The position numbers were made by a program, and so were the translations under genes. Below, one piece after another: positions 38,507-48,049 of a stretch of DNA of 59,054 bases. Source of the stretch: Candidatus Moraniibacteriota bacterium (GTDB taxonomy: Bacteria > Patescibacteriota > Minisyncoccia > Moranbacterales > UBA1568); assembly GCA_013334245.1 (NCBI GenBank), contig JAAXXZ010000006.1, positions 1 to 59,054 on the forward strand, written 5' to 3'. How positions within the stretch are numbered: position 1 is the first letter of the stretch; each line of letters begins with the position of its first letter. The notes under the pieces were generated by a model. The model had not been told where the DNA came from and made no database searches. It was given only the letters and a program-made list of their open reading frames with translations.

Positions 38507-38535
38507 TTGACAGGAATACAAACCTATGCTAGGAT
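38507..38535 (+). promoter_or_regulatory. Strong sigma70-type promoter
   Basis: TTGACA-17 nt-TAGGAT with TG extended -10. Confidence 0.7.
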
Positions 38536-38568
38536 GGAAGGTCCCGCTGAAAAAACGGACGACATTTT

Positions 38569-38788
38569 GAGGGCACATTCACCTGCAGGCAAATTGGGGA
38601 TTTCTATCTTTTATCCTCAAGACAGGGGGCTTACCCTCGCGCTTACCGTTTCTCACGGATTCCGTCGGAAACGGCAAGCGCGAGATGTCCAGACATGGGT
38701 TGGGTGGTTTCGGCTGCGCTCCTCCTCGACACTGTCCCTTCCCGAGATGTCCTTGACGTCTCGGATTGCCTGCAGCTGAATGATCCTC
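38569..38788 (+). ncRNA. ssrS: Probable 6S RNA with enlarged apical domain
   Basis: Closing stem 38569-38592/38766-38788; hairpins 38594-38620 and 38742-38764; inner stem GACAG/CTGTC; own promoter and terminator. Confidence 0.6.
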
Positions 38789-38795
38789 CAAGCGG

Positions 38796-38822
38796 AGACT
38801 CCCGTCATCGGAGTCTTTTCTT
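38796..38822 (+). terminator. Intrinsic terminator
   Basis: AGACTCC/GGAGTCT followed by TTTCTT. Confidence 0.7.
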
Positions 38823-38869
38823 ATATCCGAAAGCGGAGTATCATGGAGCCTCATCCAAAGGAAAAGACC

Positions 38870-39313
38870 ATGAGTTACAGCGAGAAAAACCGTGCGGTCC
38901 GTGCTTCAAGCAATGCGTCACAAGGAGTCGTGGTCCGTCGGTCGTCCGCCGGGCTGGGACTGTTCGCCGCGAAGGATTTCGCCAAAGGGGAGACGGTTAT
39001 CGAGTACGTGGGGAATAGGATAGCGGCTTCGGAAGCTGAGAGTCGGCCGAACCGATACCTTTTCCGGGTGAGCACGAAGCAAGATATCGACGGCAGCCCC
39101 CGGTGGAATACCGCAAGATACGCGAACCATTCCTGCAAACCGAATTGCGAAGCTGAGAACCGGGGGGGAAGGATATACCTGGTGACGCGTCGAAAGGTGA
39201 GCGCCGGCGAGGAAATATGTTATGATTACGGGCGCGAATACGTCGACGAGTTCATTCGCCCTTCGGGTTGCCGTTGTAGGAAATGCATCGACATGAAAAA
39301 AGACCCCGTCTGA
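38870..39313 (+). CDS. SET-domain methyltransferase with post-SET Cys motif
   Basis: GLGLFA, IEYVG, ANHSCKPNC, EICYDYG, CRCRKC. Confidence 0.92.
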   Translation: MSYSEKNRAVRASSNASQGVVVRRSSAGLGLFAAKDFAKGETVIEYVGNRIAASEAESRPNRYLFRVSTKQDIDGSPRWNTARYANHSCKPNCEAENRGGRIYLVTRRKVSAGEEICYDYGREYVDEFIRPSGCRCRKCIDMKKDPV

Positions 39314-39328
39314 CGACGGGGTCTTTTC
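39297..39328. terminator. Bidirectional terminator
   Basis: AAAAGACCCCGTC/GACGGGGTCTTTT between convergent genes. Confidence 0.8.
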
Positions 39329-39339
39329 GTTCCCTCGTT

Positions 39340-42300
39340 CTATTCGTCGGTGACGCGTCGCACCTCGTCGATCGTCGTACGGCCTTCAAAAACAGCCAAG
39401 AGACCGTCCGCGGAGAGCGGGAGCATCCCGTTCTTCAGCGCCGCATCCTCTATCTCCGATGTCAACGCGTTTTCGGAGATGAGTTTCTCGATGTCCCTGT
39501 CTTTTTCCAGGACTTCCGAGAGTACGATCTGTCCCGAATAACCGACCCCGTTACATTCCGGGCATCCGACGGCGCGATAGACCATATCGGTACGAAGCGT
39601 ATCGGGATGCAACTTCTCCGGAATCATCGCGCTGATGCGACCGATCATTTCCGCCTCGTCGGCGGTAGGCCGGTCTTCCTTCCTGCAGTGCGGGCACAGT
39701 TTCCGCACGAGCCTTTGCGAAATGAGGCAGTTTGCGGCGTTCGCGAGGTCGTCGGTCGATATGCCCATCCCGAGAATGCGGGCGATCGCACCGGCCGCGC
39801 TGTTCGCATGGACCGTCGAAAGCACGAGGTGTCCGGTAACGGCTGCCTGCACGGCTATTTTCGCCGTCTCTTCGTCCCGGATCTCCCCGAGCATGAGGAT
39901 GTCCGGGTTTTGTCGGAGCAGTACCGAAAGCGCTTCCGGGAACGAGTATCCCTCTTCCGCATTCACCTGCGTCTGCAGGATTCCGGGAAGCTGGTATTCG
40001 ATCGGATCCTCGACCGTGATGATCTTCACTTCGGGCGTGTTGAGTTTCGCGAGCATGCTATACAGAGTGGTCGTTTTCCCGGATCCGGTCGGTCCGACGT
40101 TCACGATGATCCCGTTCGGCCGTTTGATGGCCGCCTCGATGCGCTCAAGGTTTTCCTTCCGGAAGGCGAGTGCGTCGAGAGAAAGTTCGACTTCCGATCC
40201 GCCGAGGACGCGCATGACGGCCGTTTCGCCGTATCCGCCAAGAATGATCGAGAGGCGGACATCCGTGCGTCCCGCTTTGACGGTATCGAACGGTGTAAGG
40301 ACGGAAAGTGAGAAGCGACCGTCGACGACGCCGGAGCGTTCACCCGTCTTCAGGCCGCTCCACAACTTGATCTCGCCGAGTACGGAAGGATAGGTATTTT
40401 TCGGAAATGACAGGACGGTCTGCAGTATGCCGTCTATCCGGAACCTGACGAGGATGGTATCGTCCGTCGGTTCGAAGTGGACATCCCCGGCGTGCAGCAG
40501 AAGGGCGGCGGCGAAGATCGCGCGGAGAAGGGCGTTCTCGTCGAGTGTGGCCGCATAGGTACGGAAATCCTCGAACGAAGAAAGGCGCTCTTTCGCATCC
40601 GCAAGGGCTGACGCCGAAATGACCGACGCGCGCGAAAGCAGGCTCGGCATAAGGTCCTCGTAAATCTCCTGGAGCGTATCCCGCTGCCCGGTAGCCCGCC
40701 ACACTTCTTCGAGCGTCGTTATTCCGCGAAGGGCCTTGATCATGCCGTCCTGGATCATCGTTACCATGCCGTCCTCGACCGCCGCCCGTGTGATTTCACG
40801 CTCGGTTCCAAGATTCAAAATGAGCTCCTCGATCGACTTCGTTATCGTGAACGCCTCGAAGATGCCGATCCGTCCGCGGTATCCCGTGAGTCCGCACTTC
40901 TGACAGCCGACCGATTTCCACAATTTCTTCGTTTCGTGCGGAATGGAAATCTTCGCTTTGGGAGAGATGATGGAGAGAATCTGTTCGATGCCGTCGAGCG
41001 TCTCTTTCGCCGGATCATACGACTCCTTGCAGTCGTCGCAGAGAACGCGCACGAGGCGCTGTCCGATGATGATGTTCGTCGCCGAGGCGATGAGCGACGG
41101 CTTCACTCCGAGTTCGACGAAACGGCCTACGGCGCCCGGAGCGGTGTTTGCGTGGATGGTCGAGAATAGGAGGTGACCGGTGAGCGCCGCGTTCACGGCG
41201 ACCTCGGCGGTCTCTTCGTCGCGGATTTCGCCGACGAGGATGACGTCAGGGTCCTGTCGGACGATGGCTCGGAGCGCGGCGGCGAACGTATAGGAACGGT
41301 CCTTGGAGACCTCGGTCTGCACGATTCCGGGTAGTTGGTATTCCACCGGGTCCTCGACGGTGATGATCTTCACCTCCGACTTGTTGATGGAGTGCAACAG
41401 GCTATAGAGCGTGGTCGTTTTTCCGGATCCGGTCGGACCGGTGTTCAGGATCATGCCATGTGGGAGGTTGATCGCGTGTCGTACTTTTTCGAGGGTTTCC
41501 CCTTCGAGGCCGAGCGTCGGCATATCGAGCAGGACGCTTTCCGCGTTCAGGATCCGGAGATTGATGCTTTCCCCGTGATTGCCCGGGATGACGCTTGCTC
41601 GGAGATCCGTCTTCTTGCCGTCGACGGTCATTTCGAAGTGCCCGTCTTGGGAACGGTCGCGGATGTTTATCTTCATCTTCGAGAGCATCTTGACCCGCGA
41701 GAGCGTGAGCCGATAGATGTCCTTGGGGATGTTGCCGACGTCCTGAAGGACGCCGTCGATCCGATACCGGAGTCGGACGGAGTCAGCCTCGGGTTCGATA
41801 TGGATGTCACTTGCGCGGAGCTTGTTCGCGCCGGCCAGAATGATTTCGACCGTCTGTGAGATCGAAACCGTCGTGGCGTTTTTCAGGCTGAGCAGCTCGT
41901 CGAAATTTTCCTCGAATTTTCGAAGATCCTCTCCCGAAAGAGAAATCCGCAGCAGGTCGAGACTTCGCAGGATCGGCGCGGACTTGTACGTCCCCCAGAC
42001 CTTTTCGAGCGATTGAGTGGAAACGACGAACGGTTCGATGGACCATCGGTTCGCTTTGGCGAACTCGGTAACGAACGCCTCGGCCTCGGCATTTTCGGGG
42101 TTCGCGAAAGCCACCCGGATGGTATCGCCCGTCTTGTCGAACGCGGCGATTCCGAGTCTTCGGGCGTCTTCTTCGGCGATGAGGGTCACGTCCTCGGAAT
42201 TGGCGGGAAAGATATGAAGATCGAGATAGGGAAGGCCGAGCGCCGACGCTCGTCGCGCCGCCTCCTGCTCCATCGATTCTCCCTGGAGCTCCTGGAGCAG

Positions 42301-42366
42301 CTTCGCGGTCTTGGCCGCCTTACTGTCCTTCCAGCCCTGCCCGGACTTCTGGATGACGTGGACCAT
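39340..42366 (-). CDS. PilB/GspE ATPase with two tandem ATPase modules
   Basis: GPTGSGKTTTLY, ITVEDP.EY, RQ.PD...GEIRD, TGHL..ST.HAN and CxxC pairs all occur twice in 1008 aa. Confidence 0.93.
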   Translation of the reverse strand: MVHVIQKSGQGWKDSKAAKTAKLLQELQGESMEQEAARRASALGLPYLDLHIFPANSEDVTLIAEEDARRLGIAAFDKTGDTIRVAFANPENAEAEAFVTEFAKANRWSIEPFVVSTQSLEKVWGTYKSAPILRSLDLLRISLSGEDLRKFEENFDELLSLKNATTVSISQTVEIILAGANKLRASDIHIEPEADSVRLRYRIDGVLQDVGNIPKDIYRLTLSRVKMLSKMKINIRDRSQDGHFEMTVDGKKTDLRASVIPGNHGESINLRILNAESVLLDMPTLGLEGETLEKVRHAINLPHGMILNTGPTGSGKTTTLYSLLHSINKSEVKIITVEDPVEYQLPGIVQTEVSKDRSYTFAAALRAIVRQDPDVILVGEIRDEETAEVAVNAALTGHLLFSTIHANTAPGAVGRFVELGVKPSLIASATNIIIGQRLVRVLCDDCKESYDPAKETLDGIEQILSIISPKAKISIPHETKKLWKSVGCQKCGLTGYRGRIGIFEAFTITKSIEELILNLGTEREITRAAVEDGMVTMIQDGMIKALRGITTLEEVWRATGQRDTLQEIYEDLMPSLLSRASVISASALADAKERLSSFEDFRTYAATLDENALLRAIFAAALLLHAGDVHFEPTDDTILVRFRIDGILQTVLSFPKNTYPSVLGEIKLWSGLKTGERSGVVDGRFSLSVLTPFDTVKAGRTDVRLSIILGGYGETAVMRVLGGSEVELSLDALAFRKENLERIEAAIKRPNGIIVNVGPTGSGKTTTLYSMLAKLNTPEVKIITVEDPIEYQLPGILQTQVNAEEGYSFPEALSVLLRQNPDILMLGEIRDEETAKIAVQAAVTGHLVLSTVHANSAAGAIARILGMGISTDDLANAANCLISQRLVRKLCPHCRKEDRPTADEAEMIGRISAMIPEKLHPDTLRTDMVYRAVGCPECNGVGYSGQIVLSEVLEKDRDIEKLISENALTSEIEDAALKNGMLPLSADGLLAVFEGRTTIDEVRRVTDE

Positions 42367-42490
42367 ATCGTTTTTCGTTTATTTCGTGTCGGAACCGGTA
42401 ATGCCCGTAAACGCAAAATTCCGCTTCCACACACCTGTTCACAGTACATTGTACCGGAAAAGGGGTGAAAGCGGAACGGGTTTCGCATGA

Positions 42491-43090
42491 TCATGTGGTA
42501 GGCGATTTCCGTCGCCTCCTTGTCGGGGCGAGCGCCTCAAGTATCGCATCGAAGAACAATTGCCCGTAGTCGGGTAATTGAGGCTTTCTCAGGCTGCGGC
42601 GTTCCAAGATGTCTTCCTTCGGTATTTCCTCGAAAAACTTCGGAACCTGCTCAAAAAAAGCGCTGAGCTTGTTTTCCAGCCATTGTCCTTTGTATCGAAA
42701 GGTGATTTGCTTGGCGCCGATAATGACGAGTACTTCGTTAAGGGAGTCAAAGTCTTTCAACATTCTCAAGACGTCATCGGCATTGTCTGAGCCCTTTGGG
42801 CACGGTATCAAGATCAGCGCAAAGCTTCTGATCTCATCCGGACAAAGCTGTTCGCCGGGAACTGCGATCCAGGATTTCTGATTGACTGTCACCTGGAGGA
42901 ATTTTTTAAAAACGAATCCGGATGTCGCTTCGGGCTCGGAGCTGAAATCAATCCTGAATGACCAGCGTCCCAATCCAGTCTCGCTTTTGCTTGGAGTTTT
43001 TCTTCCCTCCCTTCTTTTCATTAACTGGTAGGCTGTTCTGGCGAGGTTTTTGCCGGGAATAGGGAATTGTTGGAACGTGTGAATGTTCAT
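42491..43090 (-). CDS. Hypothetical protein
   Basis: 199-aa ORF filling the gap; no recognisable motif; lower GC than neighbours. Confidence 0.55.
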   Translation of the reverse strand: MNIHTFQQFPIPGKNLARTAYQLMKRREGRKTPSKSETGLGRWSFRIDFSSEPEATSGFVFKKFLQVTVNQKSWIAVPGEQLCPDEIRSFALILIPCPKGSDNADDVLRMLKDFDSLNEVLVIIGAKQITFRYKGQWLENKLSAFFEQVPKFFEEIPKEDILERRSLRKPQLPDYGQLFFDAILEALAPTRRRRKSPTT

Positions 43091-43192
43091 GGGGCAGGGT
43101 TGTTAAGGTGTTGCTTCAAATACAAAAAAGCCTGCAACAGGCTTTTCCCAAGGGTAGAGGAATCTTACGGTTCGGTCAAGGTCCCGGGCTGA

Positions 43193-44338
43193 TCAGGCCG
43201 TTTCCGAGGCACGTCGTATCGTGTCGAGCAGTCCTGCTTCGGCGTCCGCGCCGGTCGGGTACGGCAAGGCGAAAGACAACATATCGCCCCGGAGATTCGC
43301 TCCGGGAATACGTGCCGCGAGGGCGGTGGCGATGGCGGTCTCGGACGTGCGGACGACAATCGCCGAAACGACCGGCGTTTCCGGATAGATGGCGGCGAAC
43401 AGCGTCCCGGACGAGAAGTTTGCCCGGACCTTGTCGAGGATTTCCGGGAGGTCTTCCGGACGGGTACGGCTCTGGATGAAATCATCGAGCGAAAGCGTGG
43501 CATAGGCGAGGCGGAGGCCTTCGTCCCACTTCAGGGCGGACATGAACCGGCCCCACAACTTGAGGACGCCGAACGGCTGGGTCTTGTAGAGCGCCAGGAC
43601 GATCTTCTCGCGGTCCGCGCCGAGCTCAATGAGGCGGGAAGCTGCTTGGAGCGCTTTCGGGGTCGTGTTTTTTCTCTGAAAACTGTCGGTCGCGGCGATA
43701 ATGCCGGTCAGGAGGCTTTCGGCTACCGAGTCGCTGATCCGAGTCGGATCTACGGAGAGCAGCGATTCGAAAAGGATTTCGGAAACCGAGGACGCGGTCA
43801 TGTCTACGAGATTCACCTGCCCGAAACGCTCGTTTCCGGCGGACGTATCGATATCCGCAATCGGAATCTCATAAAAAATATCCGGGTTTTCGACATATAT
43901 CGACCCAAGCGATTCCTTGTCGGCCGACCCGATCACGAACGCGACGTCATATTGGAGTCTGGCGGGGATGAACGAAAAATCTCGCGGATCGATGGTGCCG
44001 CGCTCCGGTGTGATATGGATGCGGAATTCGTTTCCGTCCTGCTCACTTCGTATGCCGAGGATGCGGTTTCGGTCCGTATTGAACGACAGGACGAACTCAC
44101 GGGTCCCGGAGAGCGAATCCAAGATGTCGGCCGGCAGACCGAGGAATGCGAGCTCCTGGATATGTGCGGACAAGCCTTCCCCGACGACGGTCGCGGCTTT
44201 TCCTGATGCCGAGATGAAACGTTCGAGGGCGAGCGCGGACGCGAGCGCGTCTTTCGACGGATGGGCTGGAAGAAGAATGAGCGGGTGTTCGCTCTTTCGT
44301 ACGAGTTCGGCAAACTGTTCGACCGGGGAGAGGGACAT
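43193..44338 (-). CDS. DHH-family phosphoesterase-like protein with degenerate motifs
   Basis: N..FGQVNLVD..ASSVSEI and LLTGII..T.SF retained; HPSKDA and DIDTS replace the DxD and DHH motifs. Confidence 0.75.
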   Translation of the reverse strand: MSLSPVEQFAELVRKSEHPLILLPAHPSKDALASALALERFISASGKAATVVGEGLSAHIQELAFLGLPADILDSLSGTREFVLSFNTDRNRILGIRSEQDGNEFRIHITPERGTIDPRDFSFIPARLQYDVAFVIGSADKESLGSIYVENPDIFYEIPIADIDTSAGNERFGQVNLVDMTASSVSEILFESLLSVDPTRISDSVAESLLTGIIAATDSFQRKNTTPKALQAASRLIELGADREKIVLALYKTQPFGVLKLWGRFMSALKWDEGLRLAYATLSLDDFIQSRTRPEDLPEILDKVRANFSSGTLFAAIYPETPVVSAIVVRTSETAIATALAARIPGANLRGDMLSFALPYPTGADAEAGLLDTIRRASETA

Positions 44339-44644
44339 AGGCGGGGGTAGGTCAGAGAGAGGTTCGGTCGTGTTCTCGCAGAGCTTCCGGGAGTCGGTCT
44401 GTCCATGTGCCGGAATACGCCTGTGAAGGGGTAAAATAGCAGGGAAAAACAGTCATGTCAAATGTCCGTTCCCGGTTGGAAGTCGAAAGCGAAAAGTGAA
44501 AAGCGCGTCGCGAAAAAAGCGCGCCTGAATGAGCTGTCGAAAGTCTTTTTCGCGCGGGCTCGAGGAGGTCGCACTTCAGGCGATCACGATGACAAGAGTG
44601 GAGATATGGGCTATGCTTCTGGAACCGACCAATAGCACCGACGT

Positions 44645-45115
44645 ATGGACACCGTTTCGCATTCCGAGGAAGAGACGAAAATAATCGCGCGTGATTTCAC
44701 GAAAAAGATACCTGCCGCGAGCGTCGTCGCGCTTCGCGGTGATCTCGGCGCCGGAAAGACGTCGTTCTCGGCTGGCGTTTTGGCGGCCCTTGGCGCCGTT
44801 GGGCCTTTCCAAAGCCCCACGTTCGTTATCATGCACCGCTACGATCTGCCTCGGTCATCCGTACAGGGTATCCGGCGCGTGTATCACGTCGACGCGTACC
44901 GCATCAACGCTCCGGAAGAACTCGCCCGGCTCGGATTTGACGAGTGGGTCTCCGATCCCGAAGGGCTGGTGCTTATCGAGTGGCCTGAGCGCGTGGAGAC
45001 GTTGTTGCCGGCGTCTGTGACTTCCGTTTCACTTGAGGCGCTTTCGGATACCGAGCGACGTATTTCATGGGAGAGTCTGTCGGTTGGCGGGCTCATGCGC
45101 GGAGCGGGTGAATGA
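44645..45115 (+). CDS. tsaE: t6A biosynthesis ATPase
   Basis: GDLGAGKT, SPTF, HVDAYR, IEW. Confidence 0.95.
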   Translation: MDTVSHSEEETKIIARDFTKKIPAASVVALRGDLGAGKTSFSAGVLAALGAVGPFQSPTFVIMHRYDLPRSSVQGIRRVYHVDAYRINAPEELARLGFDEWVSDPEGLVLIEWPERVETLLPASVTSVSLEALSDTERRISWESLSVGGLMRGAGE

Positions 45116-45265
45116 CGGAAACGGGCGGCATCGCATGGCGGAGCGGAAGCTGGTTGGCCTGGGACGTTTACATTTTCCCTCAGAGGGGATGTAATAGGAA
45201 AGTCGAAAGTGAAAAGTCAAAAGTCAAAAAAAGAGAAAGGCGAATCGCCAACAATCCGATACACT

Positions 45266-47977
45266 ATGGCGAAGAAATCCGACGAAAAAATACTGGTGTT
45301 GCTCGATGGGAACGCGCTTATTCATCGCGCGTATCACGCGTTGCCGCCATTGACGAATAAGGCCGGGCAGACGGTCGGGGCGGTGTATGGCGTAGCGATG
45401 ACGCTCATGTCGGTACTCGAGAAATTTCATCCGGAATATATCGCGGCGTCTTTCGACCTGGCAGCGCCGACGTTTCGGCATGAGAAATACGAGGAGTATA
45501 AGGCGACCCGGGTGAAGGCGCCGGACGACCTGTATGAACAGATTCCGCTCGTGAAGGACCTGGTGCACGCATTCAATATCCCCATTTATGAGAAGGAGGG
45601 GTTCGAAGCTGATGATTGCGTTGGCACCTTGGCTCGGCAGGCGTCGGAGCGGGGCATACCGACGGTCATCGTGACGGGCGACAACGATGCCTTGCAGCTC
45701 GTGACTCCCCTGGTGAAGGTCTTCGCGCTTCGCAAGGGAGTGAAGGATATCGTGCTCTATGATGAAGCGGCCGTGCGGGAGAAGTACGGATTCCCCCCGT
45801 CCGCGATTCCCGACTATAAAGGGCTTGCGGGAGACAGTTCGGACAATATCCCCGGGGTTGCCGGAATCGGCGCGAAGACCGCGACGGATTTGCTCCGGGA
45901 ATTCGGGTCTCTCGAAAAAGTTTACGACTCCCTGGACGAGGTGAAGGAATCGGTTCGGAAAAAGCTGTCCGTGGACAAGGAGATGGCATTCTTTTCGAAG
46001 GAACTCGGAACGATCGACACGGCGGCGCCGGTCACATTCGACCCGCAGGCATGCGTGGCCCGGGATTTCGACTTGGCGGCCGTTTCCGAATTCTTCAAGT
46101 CGATGGGATTTTACAGTCTGTTGAAGAGGATACCGGAGAACAAACTCACAACTCACAACTCACAACTCACAACCGGGAACGACGGTCAGATAACAGGGGT
46201 ATTGGGAGAAGGGAGAAGTGAGAAGTCGGAAGCGAGGAGGGGGGGAATCGAAAAAAGAAGGACTGGAAAGAATGTCCGAGTACGCCTATTGAAGACGGCG
46301 GCGGAGGTGGAGGCGTTCTTCAAGGGGGCGAAGGATAAGCCGGTCGCGGTGCGTATCGTCGTAGGCGAAGCGTCGCTTTTTGGGAGTGCCGGTATTGCGA
46401 TGGTCGAGCTTGCGCATGAGACCGGGGCGGTCGTTGTGGAATGGAGTGAGGAAACGAAGCCCCCTATGAAGGCGTTTTTTTCCGATGTGACCGCCTCAAA
46501 GATATTCCACGACGCGAAGGCTGCATGGCACGAGCTTCGACGCGAGGGTATCGTTCTTGCGGGTATCGCTTCGGATACGATGATTGCGGGGTATCTGTTA
46601 CAGGCCGGCGCGCGGATCGAACTCGAGCACCTGTTGCATGAGGAATTCGGAGACAGGTCGTTCGGGACCGTCGCCGAAGGGATTTATTGGCTTGCGGCGC
46701 GGCTTCGTGAAAAGATGGAGACGGTATCGGGGGAGCAGGTCGGACCATGGACACTCGGGCGTCTGTTCACGGATGTCGAGATGCCGCTCATTCCGATCCT
46801 TGCGGAAATGGAGGTGACGGGCATACGGCTCAACACGGGGAAATTCCGTGAGCTCTCGGACGAGCTTGGCGGGGAGATACGGCGGATCGAAAAAAAAATT
46901 TACGATCTTGCCGGAAAAGAATTCAATATCAATTCGACGAAGCAGCTTGCCGAGGTGCTCTTTACCGACCTTCATATCCCGACGGCCGGACTGAAGCGGA
47001 CGAAGACCGGCATTTCCACGGCATCTCCCGAGCTGGCAAAACTCAAGGAATACCCTATCGTCGGCCTCGTAGAGGAGGAGCGTGAGCTGTTCAAGCTGAA
47101 AACGACGTATCTCGATGCGTTTCCCTCGCTCGTGGACGCGCAGTCCCGGATCCACACGACGTATCAGCAGGCGGTGACGGCCACGGGACGGCTTTCTTCG
47201 ACAGACCCGAACCTGCAGAATATTCCCGCCCGGGAGAAGTGGAGCCGGGGCATTCGCGGGGCATTCGAAGCGGAGCCCGGACGAGTGCTCGTCGGCGCCG
47301 ATTATTCGCAAATCGAGCTCCGGGTCATGGCACATGTGAGCGGGGACGAAGCGCTCGTGTCCGCGTTCGCGATCGGTGAGGATATCCACAGCACCACGGC
47401 GTCCGCCGTGTACGGGGTCCCGGTCGCCGATGTGACCAGCGACATGCGTCGGCAGGCGAAGGTATTCAACTTCGGACTCATGTACGGGATGAGTGCGTAC
47501 GGACTCTCGCAAAGTCTTGGTATCACGCCGGCCGAAGCCGCGGAATTCATCGACACCTATTTCAAGAAGTTTCCGGGCGTGACGCGCTACATGGAAGGAA
47601 TGAAGGAGAGCGCCCGAGAGAAAGGGTTCGTCGAGACGGAACTCGGTCGCAGGAGATACGTGCCGGAAATATTGAGCCAGAACCGCAACCTTTCACAGGC
47701 AGGCGAGCGTATGGCGATCAATATGCCGATACAGGGCCTTGCCGCGGATATCATGAAGCTCGCGATGCTTCGCGTCGCGGACACGCTTCCGGAATACGGC
47801 GATTCCGTCCGGATGCTGCTTCAGGTACATGACGAACTGATTTTCGAGGCGGAGGAAAGCATCGCGCCCGAATTCGCGATGCTCATCAAACGGAGCATGG
47901 AGTCCGCGTACGCGCTTCGTGTGCCGCTCATCGCCGAGACGGCCGTCGGAAAGGACTGGGGCGAATTGAAGGGGTAG
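45266..47977 (+). CDS. polA: DNA polymerase I
   Basis: LLDGNAL.HRAYHA, GDSSDNIPGV, TGRLSS.DPNLQNIP, ADYSQIELR, QVHDEL. Confidence 0.97.
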   Translation: MAKKSDEKILVLLDGNALIHRAYHALPPLTNKAGQTVGAVYGVAMTLMSVLEKFHPEYIAASFDLAAPTFRHEKYEEYKATRVKAPDDLYEQIPLVKDLVHAFNIPIYEKEGFEADDCVGTLARQASERGIPTVIVTGDNDALQLVTPLVKVFALRKGVKDIVLYDEAAVREKYGFPPSAIPDYKGLAGDSSDNIPGVAGIGAKTATDLLREFGSLEKVYDSLDEVKESVRKKLSVDKEMAFFSKELGTIDTAAPVTFDPQACVARDFDLAAVSEFFKSMGFYSLLKRIPENKLTTHNSQLTTGNDGQITGVLGEGRSEKSEARRGGIEKRRTGKNVRVRLLKTAAEVEAFFKGAKDKPVAVRIVVGEASLFGSAGIAMVELAHETGAVVVEWSEETKPPMKAFFSDVTASKIFHDAKAAWHELRREGIVLAGIASDTMIAGYLLQAGARIELEHLLHEEFGDRSFGTVAEGIYWLAARLREKMETVSGEQVGPWTLGRLFTDVEMPLIPILAEMEVTGIRLNTGKFRELSDELGGEIRRIEKKIYDLAGKEFNINSTKQLAEVLFTDLHIPTAGLKRTKTGISTASPELAKLKEYPIVGLVEEERELFKLKTTYLDAFPSLVDAQSRIHTTYQQAVTATGRLSSTDPNLQNIPAREKWSRGIRGAFEAEPGRVLVGADYSQIELRVMAHVSGDEALVSAFAIGEDIHSTTASAVYGVPVADVTSDMRRQAKVFNFGLMYGMSAYGLSQSLGITPAEAAEFIDTYFKKFPGVTRYMEGMKESAREKGFVETELGRRRYVPEILSQNRNLSQAGERMAINMPIQGLAADIMKLAMLRVADTLPEYGDSVRMLLQVHDELIFEAEESIAPEFAMLIKRSMESAYALRVPLIAETAVGKDWGELKG
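46143..46239 (+). repeat. Heptamer repeats inside the polA linker
   Basis: (AACTCAC)x4 at 46143-46170; five GGAGAAG-like units at 46205-46239. Confidence 0.85.
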
Positions 47978-48049
47978 GTCGGAATCCGCGCCTCTTTTTT
48001 CTTTTTGAGTCATGGTATACTGGTGGCGTCGTAATACGTAGCTTATCGT

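Noticed and set aside
38507-38854. ORFs 38507..38779 and 38579..38854; RNase P, SRP, tmRNA or SAM riboswitch identity
   Set aside because: The ORFs lack protein-like features and overlap the structured RNA; hallmark motifs of those RNAs were not seen.
45209-45265. ORF-track N-terminal extension of polA (similar ones on holA, rplS, yebC, flippase)
   Set aside because: These run through repeats or promoters; downstream ATGs match the family starts.
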